DNA of 63,980 nucleotides, filler included, from Diploschistes diacapsis (lineage: Eukaryota): the NCBI GenBank assembly GCA_023645945.1. It is 8 parts of 8 records of this genome, joined end to end, with 100 filler letters (N's around TTAATTAATTAA, not from the genome) between each part and the next. Parts side by side here need not be neighbours in the genome. Positions count along the whole stretch, not along the records: positions 1 to 27,731 come from JALAIB010000159.1; positions 27,832 to 33,008 come from JALAIB010001590.1; positions 33,109 to 38,283 come from JALAIB010001591.1; 5 more parts are not named here. The stretch is one strand, 5' to 3'. Made by a program: the position numbers and the translations under genes. The notes under the pieces were generated by a model, which was not told the DNA's origin, did not search any database, and worked only from the letters and a program-made list of their open reading frames with translations. This document shows, in pieces, positions 25,069-37,632 of this stretch; position 1 is the stretch's first letter, and each line of letters opens with the position of its first letter.

Positions 25069-27731
25069 ATGGCTCCCTCTGCGGTACAGCAAGCGAAGGT
25101 CAAAAGTGCTCTATCGGGAGACACACTCATTCTAACGAGTGTCTCTAACCCGAAGCAAGAAAGAACCTTGAGCTTGGCCTTAGTGAGTGCTCCGCGGATG
25201 CGAAGAGAGGGAGACGAGGTAAGTAGACAAAAGGTCCTATATCAGTGGCACGGGTAGCTAATCTTATATGTTTAGCCATTTGGGTTTGCTTCGCGAGACT
25301 TTCTGATAAAGAACCTCGTGGGAAAGGTAGTCCAGTTTCAGGTTCTTTACAATATCCCTTCAGGTGTAAATCGCGACTATGGCAAGGTCGTCCTTCAGAC
25401 AGGCATGACGTTTCCCGATGCTTCAGTTGCTGAGGGCTGGACCAAACTGAGGGACGATGCTGCCAAAAAAATGGACGAATCCGAACAGTCCCGATCGATG
25501 ATTGAGAAGCTGGAGCTGGAACAAGCCAAAGCACGGGCTGACTCGAAAGGACTCTGGTCCACAAGCGATGAGGGCCAAATCGAGACTCAACACGACCTGC
25601 CTGACGCTAAAGCTTTTGTAGAGGAGAACAAGGGGAAGAAACTTGACGGTGTTGTCGAGAGAGTACTGACAGGAGACCGAATTATTTTGAGGCTTTTGAT
25701 GTCGCCGAAGAAGCACGTACAAGTCATGGCTTTGATAGCAGGTATTCGTGCACCTACTACCAAACGAGTGAATCCCAGCGATAGGAAGGAGCAAGCGGCT
25801 GAACCCTTTGGAGAAGAAGCCACCCTCTTCCTCGAGAGCCGCATTCTTCAAAGAACACTCAATGTCCAGGTGGTCGGATCCACTCCCCAGGGTCAACTAG
25901 TATGCGCAGTTGCTCATCATCAGGGAGGTGACATGGCGGGTCATGTCTTAAGAGCAGGTCTCGCTCGTTGCCTAGACCATCATTCAACCATGCTTGGTGG
26001 AGAAATGACAAAACTGAGGCAAGCTGAGAAGGAGGCGAAAGAAAAAAAACTCAATATCTTCCGCGATCATGTACCCACCAAGAGAGGAGAAGGAGATATG
26101 GAGGTAACAGTAGTGAGAGTTCAGACAGCAGATACAATCTTCATCCGTAGCAGAACAGGGGCCGAGAAGAAGATCAATTTCTCTAGTATACGCCAACCAA
26201 AACCTACAGATCCAAAACAGTCGCCATTCCAAGCTGATGCAAAAGAGTTTTTGCGCAAGAAGCTGATTGGGAAACACGTAAAGGTCTCTATAGATGGCAA
26301 GAAAGCTGCCTCGGAAGGATACGAAGAGCGGGAAGTCGCGACCGTCACACAAGGAGGAAAGAACGTTGCGCTGCAGCTTGTCGAAGCTGGGTATGCGTCG
26401 GTAATAAGACATAGACGAGACGACACGGACAGATCTCCTCACTACGATGAACTCCTTACGGCAGAAGAAGCGGCGACGAAAGATGGCAAAGGCATGTGGT
26501 CAGGGAAGCCGTCTGCCGCGAAGAATTACGTCGACTATTCAGAAAGTTTGCAAAAGGCAAAAACACAAGCCTCAGTCTTACAGCGACAACGCAAGATCCC
26601 AGCAATCGTCGACTTCGTCAAAGGCCCCTCGAGATTCACCATCCTAATCCCACGCGAAAACGCTAAACTCACTCTCGTCCTATCCTGCATCCGAGCACCC
26701 AAATCCGCACGGAACCCCCAAGAAGCCTCGGAGCCCTTCGGCAACGAAGCCCAAGATTTTTCCAACCGCAAGTGCATGCAACGCGATGTCGAAGTCGACA
26801 TTGAAGGCACGGACAAAGTCGGCGGCTTTATCGGCACCCTGTACGTGAACCGCGAGAACTTTTCCAAGCTCCTCCTGGAAGAAGGCTACGCGAGCGTGCA
26901 CGCCTACAGCGCCGAGCAATCGCCCAACGGGGCCGAACTCTTCGCCGCCGAGAAGAAAGCGAAAGACGGCCGCCGCGGCATCTGGAAAGACTACGACCCT
27001 TCGCAGGACCCGGACGCCGAGGACCAAGGCGCCGCAGCACCATCCTCAACGACCGGCACAAACGGCGACGCCTCTGCCAGCACCTCGGTGACGCCCAGGG
27101 CGCTCGACTACAAAGAAGTCGCCGTCACCCACATCGACCCGACAACTCTCCACCTCAAGCTTCAGCTCGTGGGCACGGGCACCGGCGCCCTCGAAGACCT
27201 CATGTCCCGCTTCCGCACCTTCCACGTCTCCACCCCACCCCCACCCCTCCCCTCGCCGCCCAAAGTCGGCGATTTCGTCAGCGCCAAGTTCTCCGCCGAC
27301 AAGTCCTGGTACCGCGCGCGCGTGCGGCGCAACGACAAGGACGGCCAAGCCGCCGAAGTCGTCTACCTCGACTACGGCAACCAGGAAAAAGTGCCCTGGA
27401 AAGAACTCCGCACCCTGCCGGCCAACTTCGACGTGAAGGCGCTCCGCGCGCAGGCCCACGACGCGGTGCTGAGCTTCGTGCAATTCCCGAACCCAGAGAC
27501 GTCCCCGGACTACGTGGCGGACGCGCTGGACGTGCTGTACGGCATGCTGCCGGACGGCAAGGCGCTGATCGCGAACGTGGACCACACGGACGGGAAGGAC
27601 GGGACGCTGTACGTGACGCTGTTCGACAAGGATCTCGAGGTCAAGGAGACGGAGAGTTTGAATGCGCGGCTCGTGCAGGAGGGGGTGGCGGTTGTGCCGA
27701 AGAGGGGGAAGCTGAGGGCGTGGGAGAGGCA
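25069..27731 (+). CDS. snd1: Tudor staphylococcal nuclease (Tudor-SN/p100); exons 25069-25218, 25276-27731, 3' end cut by contig end
   Basis: Repeated SNase domains (VKSALSGDTL, VERVLTGDR, GIRAP..EPFGEEA, A..A.....G.W) and a Tudor domain (VSAKFSADKSWYRARV..YLDYGNQE). Intron 25219-25275. Confidence 0.95.
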
Positions 27732-27831
27732 NNNNNNNNNNNNNNNNNNNNNNNNNNNNNNNNNNNNNNNNNNNNTTAATTAATTAANNNNNNNNNNNNN
27801 NNNNNNNNNNNNNNNNNNNNNNNNNNNNNNN
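27732..27831. other. Artificial contig linker (44 N + TTAATTAATTAA + 44 N)
   Basis: Six-frame stop linker. Identical copies at 33009-33108, 38284-38383, 43556-43655, 48820-48919, 54074-54173 and 59326-59425. Confidence 0.97.
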
Positions 27832-28411
27832 GGGTTAAGGTAATTAGGAACATTAAAGTAGGGTTGGCGCTTGTACTATAGACAATTGACAAACGAGATC
27901 GAACATGAAGAATGGCTCTATTAAGAACGATGTGGAGTGATGAGCAGCACAAATTATTAACAGTAACTTATCCTATTATGCATTCATACCATGTGCAAGC
28001 CCAAAGCTGCTGAACCAGGTGGTGAAAGGCATTGTACAATAGCTTTAATCTCAGACTAGGAACCCACAGCTGCTGCGTGGGCTTGTGTGTATCTGTGTTC
28101 ATCAACTTCCACTGCAAAAAGGTCAGAGAATCATCTATACTCAGCCATCCCTATTTTGTTAGGTATTGTTTTTGTATACAGTTACTCGCTTTTGCATTTT
28201 CTTTCATTTCCAACTCAGGAAACTTCTCATGATCTTCAGAAATCAACTTCTGAGATTGCAATTCGCAAACATCACACCGTTATCACACTGAAGAGCAAGA
28301 GTCCTTCATCTACTTACGTTTGAGCTCATAATTGGACCTGCTATTACACCGTAAAGCAAGAATCCTTCACCTACCAACGTTAAGCTCGTTGTTTGACGCA
28401 TCAGTCTGATC

Positions 28412-30698
28412 ATGGCATCCAATATTGGCACCGCGGCTGTAAGTAAGCCTTCTCCTGCATTATCTTTCAATCTGTCATCGTCTCTTTCTCCGTTGGAGTC
28501 AGTCACGTCTCCTGCAGATGACAAGGACGCACCTGCCGCAGAGCCCACTCCCCGTAAGTCAGCACGCATTGCAAACAGGAAGACTTCAATGTCAGGTAGT
28601 AGCGAATCTCCACCGAACAAGGAAACTTCTGCCAACAAGAAAACGGCTTCGAAAAAATCATCCCCGAAAGGAAAAGTAAGTTCTGGTGGCAAAACTTCTC
28701 CAGTTGCATCAGCTGACAAAGGCAAGACTACAGCAGCAAAGCTAAATGCGAAGGGGAAGGCTACACTTAATGAACAGACTCCATCCAAAGGCAAGCAGAA
28801 CTCCAGCAAGGCAGCCCTGGTCAAATCGACCCCTCAGCAGAAAACTACCGCTCGATCCAATGAAGCCACCGATGACCAGTCCACTGACGAAGGCGAGATC
28901 CTTTCTGTAGTCAAGCCGCTGAAGATCAAACTTTGGCAAAAGCCTGTGAGTGGCGTAAATTCTGCAAATTTTGCCGAGTAATCTGTTAACAACAAGAAGG
29001 AGACGGATGGCACTGCAAAGAAGGCCGGCAAAGGCCCGGCAACTTCTAAGCCATGCATCAAAAAGACTGATAACAAGGATCTAACTGGCGCTTTTACCAG
29101 TCCGTCGACCGAGAAAGAAGGTAACACCCCGCCTGTTGAGCAACTTGAGATTACCACCACTCAGATCAGTAGCCTCGGCAAAGAATTCACTGGCGAGACT
29201 GACATCAAAGTTGCTTCTGCCGCGGCCAACCACGGGATTAAGAAAGCCCAAGATGTGCAGCGCATGCCCGCTCAGACTAGCAACACCGGCAAAGCAACCG
29301 CTGGCGAGACGGGTGTTAAGTATATCTCCTCTGTTGTTTCCGACCAGATTTCCGAGAAAGACGAAAACACTCGATCTGTAGAGCAGCTCGAGACCGCCGC
29401 CGCTCAGGCCAACAAAACTGGCAATGTGACCACTAGCGAGACTGATGTTGAAGATCTCTGCTCCGCTGCCACCGACCAAGCGACAGCTGGCGAGACTACT
29501 ATCCAGGATCTCTCCTCCACGGCCTCCGACAAGACTGCTCGCCCAATGCAAGATGCGCAAGTCGCAGGAAAGCCAAAAAATGGCAAAGCCAGGATTAAAC
29601 CCAAAACTCCCGCCAGTAAGATTGACGCAAAGAAAACTTCTGGGACAGCTAAGACGGCAGCCACTAAAAGTACTCGAAAGAGGAAGCTCTCTGATCAATC
29701 AGACGAGATCCCAAACACCTCCATGTCGAGCGCTTCTTTGACTGTTCCGGACGACAAGAAGTCTGATGATGAAGACGCAGATGAGCCGACCAAGAATGGT
29801 AAGAAACGCAAGACTTCACCTAAGACTGGCAAGGGCAAAGCGGCCGGAACCACCAGGACATCGCCCAAGGGAGCGGCAACCAAGAAGACATCTACTGCAG
29901 TTGTCGATAAGCCTGCTAAAGACGGTAAGAAGGCGACGAGCAACGGACGTAAGCCAGTCGTACCCTCCAAAACCTCACCAAAGTCAGACGGTAAGAAGCG
30001 TACTTCTGATGCTATTGATGGCAAAGTCACTACCGAGAGTAAGAGACGCAAGGTGTCTATTGAGTCTAGTACTAGCCAGGGGTCCTTGCAGACCCAGTCC
30101 TCGGCCAATGGCATCGCTACTGAAGGTGCTTATCCAAAATTCAATGGCGGAACTTACGTCGGCAAGAAATCGGCCAAGAAGGGCAAAACTTCCGCACGTG
30201 ATCCGCCTACACCCAGAGAGAAGAAGACGCCACCCCCGAGCAACAAAACGGACCCATGGGCTGGCATGACGGTGGAAGAAGCTCTTGCAGTCCCTATGAA
30301 TGGACATCTTTCCCGAACACGCTATCACCGTCCTCATGCAGACCGATACGATAGTGTCCTCGGCCGGCTCCCGTCCGAGCGTGAGACAAACTCAGCGGCC
30401 AAATTCATAAAGGAACGCGGTGTCGATACCGAGTTGTCGCTCCAGTGTAGAGAAGAGGTTCAAGCGGCGATGATGAGACATGATCGCGAGATTAAGGAGA
30501 TTCTCGTAAGTATAGCATACAGATGGGATCGTTGGTTGCCATTACTGACTGTTACTATAGAAGAACATCTTCAAGGCCGAGGCGGAGGAGGACGAAGAGG
30601 TCGGGGAGCAGCTGAAGCAGTTTGAGGAGGAGCTGAAGGCGAAGGAGCAGCAGGGGCCGGAGGGGCAGCAGGAGGAGGAGGTCGATGGAAGTCACTAG
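28412..30698 (+). CDS. Hypothetical Lys/Ser/Thr-rich, largely disordered protein with acidic tail; exons 28412-28945, ~28997-30505, 30561-30698
   Basis: ORFs 28412 and 29255 share a frame, and the stop between them lies in intron 28946-28996 (GTGAGT..GTTAAC..AAG). A second intron 30506-30560 (GTAAGT..ACTGAC..TAG) leads to KNIFKAEAEEDEE...VDGSH*. Confidence 0.75.
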
Positions 30699-31431
30699 GC
30701 CTCGGAGCTGAACTGTCGTAGGACGAGGTGTGGCTATGGAAAACAGCCTTCCGGAGCAAGACTAGCTATAGAGCTAGAGGGAGATTGGATTGATACTAAT
30801 GATTGAATTAGATCAGCATCGGGATGATGATACTGTGGAGCGAGTTGGATTGGATAGAGACTGGATTGTCACATTGGAATGGGTGTTAGACACATGTGAG
30901 TAGAAACGGGGCAGCAAGCATAACTGCTGTTATCGCAAGCTAGATGTACTCTAGATACCTACAACAGCTGAACTAGCAATGCGAGTACTGAAGTGCAGAG
31001 GCCATTCCCAAAGATTCTCCGAATCTGTGTTTTGGCCCCAAGGCATGTAGTCATCGTCATTCCAAAAGCCTCGCCATAGTTATTTCATCTCGAGTCATAA
31101 AGGGCGCTCTTCTTAGATCTGTTATGGTTCATTAGTATTGTAATACGATGTGAGTCAAAAAGATGGAAAATGATACAGATGCGAAGGACGTTGATGACTC
31201 TTAACCCTAGCGCCTTGTCGCTGCCCCTGTAGATCTTTGGCTTGGTGGGGTGGTTATGACTTGCATCATCTGGGAGCTCAAAAAGCCCGACGACTGCCTC
31301 TACTTTAAAGAGCACGCGATTCACGATCCACGCCCTGTCAAACACCTTCTTGAAAGCTTCACAGCTACCTTTCCTCCCTATAATCTCTGCCAGAACTCCA
31401 TAGAGGTAAACGGTACAGCTAAAGCGTAGTT

Positions 31432-32348
31432 ATGGCGGTCCGCGCACGGTTCGAGAACTCTAATGAGTAAGCTCTGCCCTGCCACAAGCTCAACTCTGTG
31501 CTATGACCGGAAGGCTGACTCCCTGCCTTCAGAGTCGGCGTCTTCTCTACCCTTACAAATTCCTACGCTATCGTCGCAATCGGCGCGTCAGAGAATTTCT
31601 ACAGCGTCTTCGAGGCGGAACTGCAAGATGTGATACCCATCTGTCATGCTACAATCAACGGCACAAGGATAGTTGGGAGGTTAACGGCAGGGTATGGCAC
31701 AAGAAACCTTTAGGCGTAAGCTTGACTGGAGGACTGATGAGTACACATCGCTAGAAACCGCAAAGGCCTTCTTGTTCCCACATCCACAACAGACCAAGAG
31801 CTCCAACACCTTCGTAACTCGTTACCGGATGCCGTGAAGATACAGAGGATCGAGGAGCGGCTATCGGCGCTAGGGAACGTGATATGTTGCAACGACCACG
31901 TGGCACTCGTGCATCCAGATATTGAGAGGGAGACGGAGGAAATGTGAGAAACACAGCTTGATTTATCTCACTCAGACTAATTGATCTGCTCAGAGTGGCA
32001 GATGTTCTCGGGGTTGAAGTTTTCCGGCAAACAATCGCCGATAACGTCCTCGTCGGCTCATACATGTCTCTTTCCAATCAAGGCGGTCTAGTGCATCCAA
32101 AAACCTCGATACAAGATCAGGACGAGTTGTCGAGTCTGCTCCAGGTACCGCTGGTGGCTGGTAGTGTGAATCGAGGCTCAGCAGTCGTTGGCGCCGGTAT
32201 GGTAGTCAACGATTGGCTTTCGGTAACCGGACTGGATACAACAGCGACGGAGCTCAGCGTCATTGAGAGCGTCTTCAGGCTAGGCGAAGGTATGGGGCCA
32301 AGTGGTATAACTGCCAACAAGGATTCTTTGGTAGAGTCGTTCTACTGA
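31432..32348 (+). CDS. TIF6: Eukaryotic initiation factor 6; exons 31432-31466, 31533-31691, 31755-31943, 31994-32348
   Basis: [70 protein letters not shown] and [16 protein letters not shown]. Three canonical introns. Confidence 0.97.
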
Positions 32349-32511
32349 GAGAACCTGGCTGGTAGCCATGTGGCGTTGTTGGCGGCTGTACTTGGGGCCC
32401 TGGGAGTCCAGATCGCATTCTCAGTCTTCGAAAAGGGATTCAAGGCATATGCGGGAAGCAGATGCTTTTTGAGGGGGGTTAGGTATATTCAAGCACAAGC
32501 TCGCATATGGT

Positions 32512-32898
32512 TCATCCCTGCAATGAGCTGTTCTGAGCAGACTATCAGTATCTATGCAGTCATTAAATAGCACAGAGAGCCACCTACAATGAACTGGTCC
32601 AGCCCAGCCTCAAAGCTCTCGCAATCGACTCCAATGCCTCCAGGGTGCTCAACCGGCGACAGCGGATTCTTGACAACTACCCATTGTCAGCTCGCTTGCC
32701 TTGTGAACGACTTCCATGTCTCTCGCTGGCTTCACAGTAACATCGAACTCACCATACTCCACAAAGAGCCCCACATATATCTGGTGCAGCACAATCCGCA
32801 GATTATTCATCTTCGTGTCCGTCAACATGACAAACTTTAGACTCGTCGGCGTCTCGTAGTAGTGCAGCTTGTAGTGCGCCGTGCGATACGACACGAAA
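32512..32898 (-). CDS. BET5: TRAPP complex subunit Bet5/TRAPPC1, 3' part; exons 32898-32753, 32676-32588, 32532-32512 (last exon less certain)
   Basis: FVSYRTAHYKLHYYETPTSLKFVMLTD...LHQIYVGLFVEY|VVKNPLSPVEHPGG. The 5' part is lost at the contig end. Confidence 0.9.
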
Positions 32899-33108
32899 CT
32901 ACATGCACCCCGATCCGTCAGCACAATGATCTCTGCAGGAGCCTAGAGCCTGAATCTCAATCCGCTCATCTTTCCACACCCTCCTCCCCTCGCACACACT
33001 CCCCCGATNNNNNNNNNNNNNNNNNNNNNNNNNNNNNNNNNNNNNNNNNNNNTTAATTAATTAANNNNNNNNNNNNNNNNNNNNNNNNNNNNNNNNNNNN
33101 NNNNNNNN

Positions 33109-33568
33109 ATATATTATAAACGCTACTAAAACGTTTTTAAAAAGTTTTGGCGTTTAGGTTCTCGATTATCCATTATATAATCTAGATTTGAACGTTATAG
33201 AGCATCTTTGGCTTAAATTAAAAGAGAAGGTATTTCGGTTTTATTTAAAGTTTAAAATAATACGTGGGAGTAAGGATAATAAGAAACAGGTTTTAAAAGC
33301 TGTTATTATCGAGGCATTTGGTCAAATTACGGTAGATAGGGAGTGGGATTTGCCTGCTCGATTAATCTACTCGATGCCTACGCGAATTCAGGCTGTATAC
33401 GACGCGTAGGGGTGGCAAACAAAGTATTAATAGATACTACGAATAAAGGGCATCAAAATCATCTAAAAAGCGCATTTGTAGGACATTATTTGGGTGCGCA
33501 TCGCATCTCCAAAGTTGGTGATGTCTACTATAATTTAGGTAGGGACCATTACTTTTGGCACGTGACTG
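33109..33568 (+). mobile_element. RIP-mutated 3' end of a Tc1/mariner (impala-like) transposon, copy 1
   Basis: YPLYNLDLNVIEHLW...SMPTRIQAVYDA*GWQTKY* is a degraded SPDLNPIEHLW...SMP.R..AV..A.G..TKY transposase C-terminus. It ends ...TTTTGGCACGTGACTG + TA (TIR begins CAGT). Confidence 0.88.
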
Positions 33569-33570
33569 TA

Positions 33571-34535
33571 GCATAACAGGAAACACCTACTGTGACATTC
33601 ACCGGCAACTGATGGTCTGCAATGACCGTATTTTTCTCCGATATCAAGCGGCGTCTGGGATCCGAAGCTGGAGGACACAGTCGTATCGTTTCCTGCAGTA
33701 TTGCAGTCAGGTAAATAAGCTTCTTGACCGAGGCTGTATTAATGTCGTGTTCAGCTGCAAAACTTTGCCTGATTTCTCGCGTCAGTTTTTCGTAGCGCTC
33801 TGAATCCTTAAGCAAGTGGTTCAGGGCCCCTTGTAAGGTCGTTGCCAGAGGGTCACTGCCATTAATGATCAGAATCGTGGAATTTGCTGCGATCTCGTCT
33901 TCAGTCAAAGCGAGCCTAGAATAGCTTTTGTTGTATTCGAATACGTGATGCATGAAGTCCCTATTACTTTGTATGGAGAGCCTTGTAGCTGAGTTCTTTT
34001 CATTAGTGGGCCTGATAAGTTGAAGTCCGGCGATTGCTGATTTTGGTGTTGATAACGAGACGAGCGAGGCCAGCGTTGGGTAGTTTTTTATGACTACCCC
34101 GTACAGAAGTGCCTTGTATTGCGTTGCCACCATAGTCCAAGGATGGAAAGACTTCGTTTCGAGGTAGTTGAAAGATGTTCCCCAGCCCAGCTCGCTGATA
34201 ATGTCGTAATCAGCGTAATTAATCCACTCGGTTAAATCAACTGTGGGTGTGGATTCTGAGTCCGACCTTTGTTGGGCAAAGGAATCCAATCTCTCAATTA
34301 GTAGGTTAATGTGAGACTGTACGATCGATTCCTGCATCCGTAGAGCTTTCTCCGAGAATGCAGGTAAAAGTGCCTTTCGAAATCGGGCGTGATCGAATGT
34401 ATCCCCGCTGATCAAATCAGAACGTCCTGTGGGCGGCTTTGGATGTTATTGTGGAGGCCTTTGGAACTTTCGCTTCGAATAGATGTCGGTCCACGCTTTG
34501 GGATCGCGTTTCATACCGTAACGAACAATAGGCCT
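33571..34535 (-). pseudogene. Cytochrome P450 (CYP65/TRI11-like) pseudogene interrupted by the Tc1 element
   Basis: GPIVRYG..DPKAWTDIY, an in-frame stop, PAFSEKALRMQE, I-helix-like LIINGSDPLAT and ETIRLCPP. The frame runs into the transposon TIR at VGVSCYA|, before the PERF and heme motifs. Confidence 0.85.
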
Positions 34536-34795
34536 AAGGAATTACCCAGCTCAATAATTGGGCCGTTGGGATTTCCATTCCCGGAAGGTTGTTCTTGGTT
34601 TATTTTTCTTCAAACGGACTATCAGTATGGTAGCTGCTGGCAGTTATATTCTTTCTCCAATCCAGAATCACGTGCAGCTGCTACTTTGGTCGGGGCGTTT
34701 TCGGACTTTCAACATCAAATACATTGTTAATCGCTACTTTTGAGTCGAGATTAATGTAGAGACTCAATAGATATCTTTTCCCCACTTTAAAGAGA

Positions 34796-36432
34796 TTATA
34801 ATCTCCTTTCGATGAGCTGGACATCGAAAGGTTCTTTTGGCATGAGGAACCAGCACTTCTGTTGGGCCCAATCAACGTTTCGCCCTCCCGGTGCAACCTC
34901 AAAGTCAAAATTCCAAACAAGCTTAGCTAATACTAGCCTCAGTTCTCCGTATGCTAGTTGTTTGCCAATACATGACCAGCTTCCTACCGAGAAGGCCTGG
35001 ACCCCTAAGAGCTGATCGTTATGGAAAGGAGACCCTGGATCTGTTCGAGTATCTGGTCCCCATTTTTCTGGAGGGAAATCATTCGGTCGATGAAACTTTG
35101 CCGGCGATTGGTTTAATGCCCACTGATGAACGAAGATATTGGTTTATCGTAAGGATTAGCAGATGAGACTGGCCGATAATGGAACATTTTACCCCTTCAG
35201 GCAACCAATGCGCACTGACCGTATCGTCTCCTGTAAAATCGATATGCTATAGACCCGAAGCACTTGGTGGGTATAGCCTTAAACCCTCTTCAATTACAGC
35301 GTTTAGATACGGGAGACTTGCAAGGGATTTGAAGGTCGAATGAATGGCGAATTTCATCGGCAAATTTTTGGTAGGTATTTGGGCTTTTGACCAGGTAATT
35401 GATAGTCCCGGATAGGACCGTTCTACAGGTCTCACTGCCTGCAACAACGAGAACGTTGTCATATTCTCGAGTTCTGGGATGGTCATATCAGTGCATTTTT
35501 TCTTACTATCAGCTGCAAGAATTATATGTTATGAAATCCTCTCTTTGAGTGTTAAGGTTTAGTCGACGGTGGACTCTGTCAACTCTTTATTGATAGTTAG
35601 CGTTCGAAAGCTCTATAGAACGCTTTGGTGCAATCTTTATTAGTATACTATCAATCGATCTGACGGTGTATAGCCTTAAGAGATCAATGGAAACAGCAAT
35701 CCGAAAATAATTGAAGATAGTTCCAATCCACGGATGGAGCGAGCTAGATTTAAGGTATTTGAAGGATTCTCCAAAGCCTAGATCATTTAGGATATTAAAG
35801 GTAAGAAACATGAACCAGTCGACGATATTGACGGTAGTTCTGTTAGAGTAACCCGTAACCCATTCTTTCCCGAAACTGCGAGATTATAAGGTTTATATGA
35901 TGCCCTATAGTCTTTTTCTGCCCTTTTAGAGCTTTGATAGAGAAGCAGTGTTGCAGAAGTCGCCGCATTCGCTCATGTGCATTCCAGTCCGGTGTACTCA
36001 CGATGGAAGGAGTGCGCCCTGGGTAGTCTCCCCACCAAATCCGGTTCTTGGGGAAGGGCTCGTGCCCAGGACGTGGGCAATATATGTCTTCCCATGCCTT
36101 CACGTCGATAAAAGACAGCTCGTTCGGTGCAACTCTGACTATATCTCCATACTTTTTGTGCATCCTGGCTATCTTTTGCATGCATTCGCCTTTCCAAAGA
36201 CTCAACGCGTAAGGAAATCGAAAAGCTCTCCATAGTAATGGTCCTGGGTACCGGGCTAGTGGATGCCAAAGCGTATTATAAAGCGCAATTAGAATTGGGG
36301 TCTACATAAAAGAGATCAGAAAACCATTTCACTTTTGGAAGACTGTCGTACCAGAGATAATGCGAACAAAGTAAAAGATACTTTTTGGAATCTCAAAGAG
36401 GCTGCTTGGGTGTTTTCTTCCTGAGTGTTCAT
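34796..36432 (-). pseudogene. Second CYP65-like cytochrome P450 pseudogene
   Basis: HPLARYPGP, YGDIVRVAPNELSF, LGFGESF, YLNAVIEEGLRLYPP and heme motif AFSVGSWSCIGKQLAYGELRL. Several stops, frameshifts and deletions. Confidence 0.88.
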
Positions 36433-37331
36433 CTTGGGCGAAATTGAACCATATCCCCGAGTAGGCTCGAAAGTCGAGTACGCTCCCTGCTACGAAGGAT
36501 TCGATTACGTGTCCGTGTCCGTTGCAAAGACTTTCTTCATATTGGCTGGCCTTGGTTGTTTCATTCCAATGATTAGTGCCGAGTAGCTTCAACCCAAGTT
36601 ACATCTTATTGCACGTGAGCGTGTTTGGCTGCATGTGGATGGGGTCGTGTATTATTTTGGATGGGTAAATCCTGCCAACACACCGCTCTGCATTGCTCTT
36701 GCCCAAGGAACAGATGCATCGAGACTCCAAGGTGGGAGACGACTTTTAGAAAGTGCAATCGCCTGCAGCTTGTTTTCGCTGAACCCCCTCCGCTACGATA
36801 CTACAAGGGAAGGTGGCACTTGCCAGATGCTGGCATGCCGATCCATAAAATCCAGCCACAAGCGAGACGAGCGAAACAAGGAAGTTGTATAGGCACAGCT
36901 GACCGTGTATGCCGAGTATTCGCTTGATCTCGTATGGATCTTCAAGTCGGAGGTGCTGTTCTGAAATGAAAAGGCTGCTCATATTGGTTAGAAAGGTAAA
37001 CAACTATGGGAGCAAAAGCTAGCATTCGTAGATATCCATCTAAGAGAAAGTGGTGTGGGCAAAACCAAGCTAATATACACCGTAACACGTGACTACGTAG
37101 CGTGACCGTACCTTCCTAACAATAATTTCAATAGTTTACACAGCACAGATGGTATCTTGAAACGGTTGAACCTTGAGCGTGATCGTTCATCGATCTTATC
37201 GGTCGTAACATACAGCTAACCCCCCTGAGTCTTGGCCAAATCCTTGAATCAAGAATGTTTAAATGCCAAATCACATTGCTTCTTCGTCTCAGTCCTGCAT
37301 CCAAGGCAGGCTCAAGGCTTTCCCGCCGTTC

Positions 37332-37619
37332 TTAGAATGGCGATTCCGACTTCTCCCGTTCTCGTACCAGAAGTTCCCCTTCGGGATTCGGAAAAATGAA
37401 CTCATGCGCCCTCAAATTCGTGGGCCTCTTCCCCCCAGGAACCAATTTGAAGTCGTAATTCATGATAAACCTGACCAGGATTATCTTAATCTCTAAGCTT
37501 GCAAAGAACCTTCCGGGGCAAGCAGCCTTCCCATGACCAAAATTTAGCTGCGTTCTTTCCGTCGTAGCAAATTGGTGCATGTGCGTCTCTCCTGATATTC
37601 TTGATTGCTCTCGTCTCAT
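37332..37619 (-). pseudogene. C-terminal fragment of an ent-kaurene oxidase-like P450 (CYP503/CYP68-like)
   Basis: HQFATT...LNFGHGKAACPGRFFASLEIKIIL...YDFKL...RP.N. Everything upstream of this is missing. Confidence 0.85.
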
Positions 37620-37632
37620 GCTGGAAGTGAGG

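Noticed and set aside
25423..27585. Long antisense or alternate-frame ORFs over snd1 (also over rgf3, DPH6, the RING gene and the SGNH gene)
   Set aside because: Shadow ORFs caused by GC-rich codon bias, with no recognisable protein features.
27776..27787. Recurrent TTAATTAATTAA at ~5.2-kb spacing as a biological repeat
   Set aside because: Always centred in exactly 44+44 Ns; an artificial six-frame stop linker.
28979..28981. Stop-codon readthrough between in-frame ORFs 28412 and 29255
   Set aside because: The TAA lies inside a canonical 51-nt intron (28946-28996).
36590..36660. RVWLHVDG resembling a PLP-dependent decarboxylase motif
   Set aside because: Flanking residues do not continue the motif, and another frame gives an equally plausible hydrophobic fragment. 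Likely chance.
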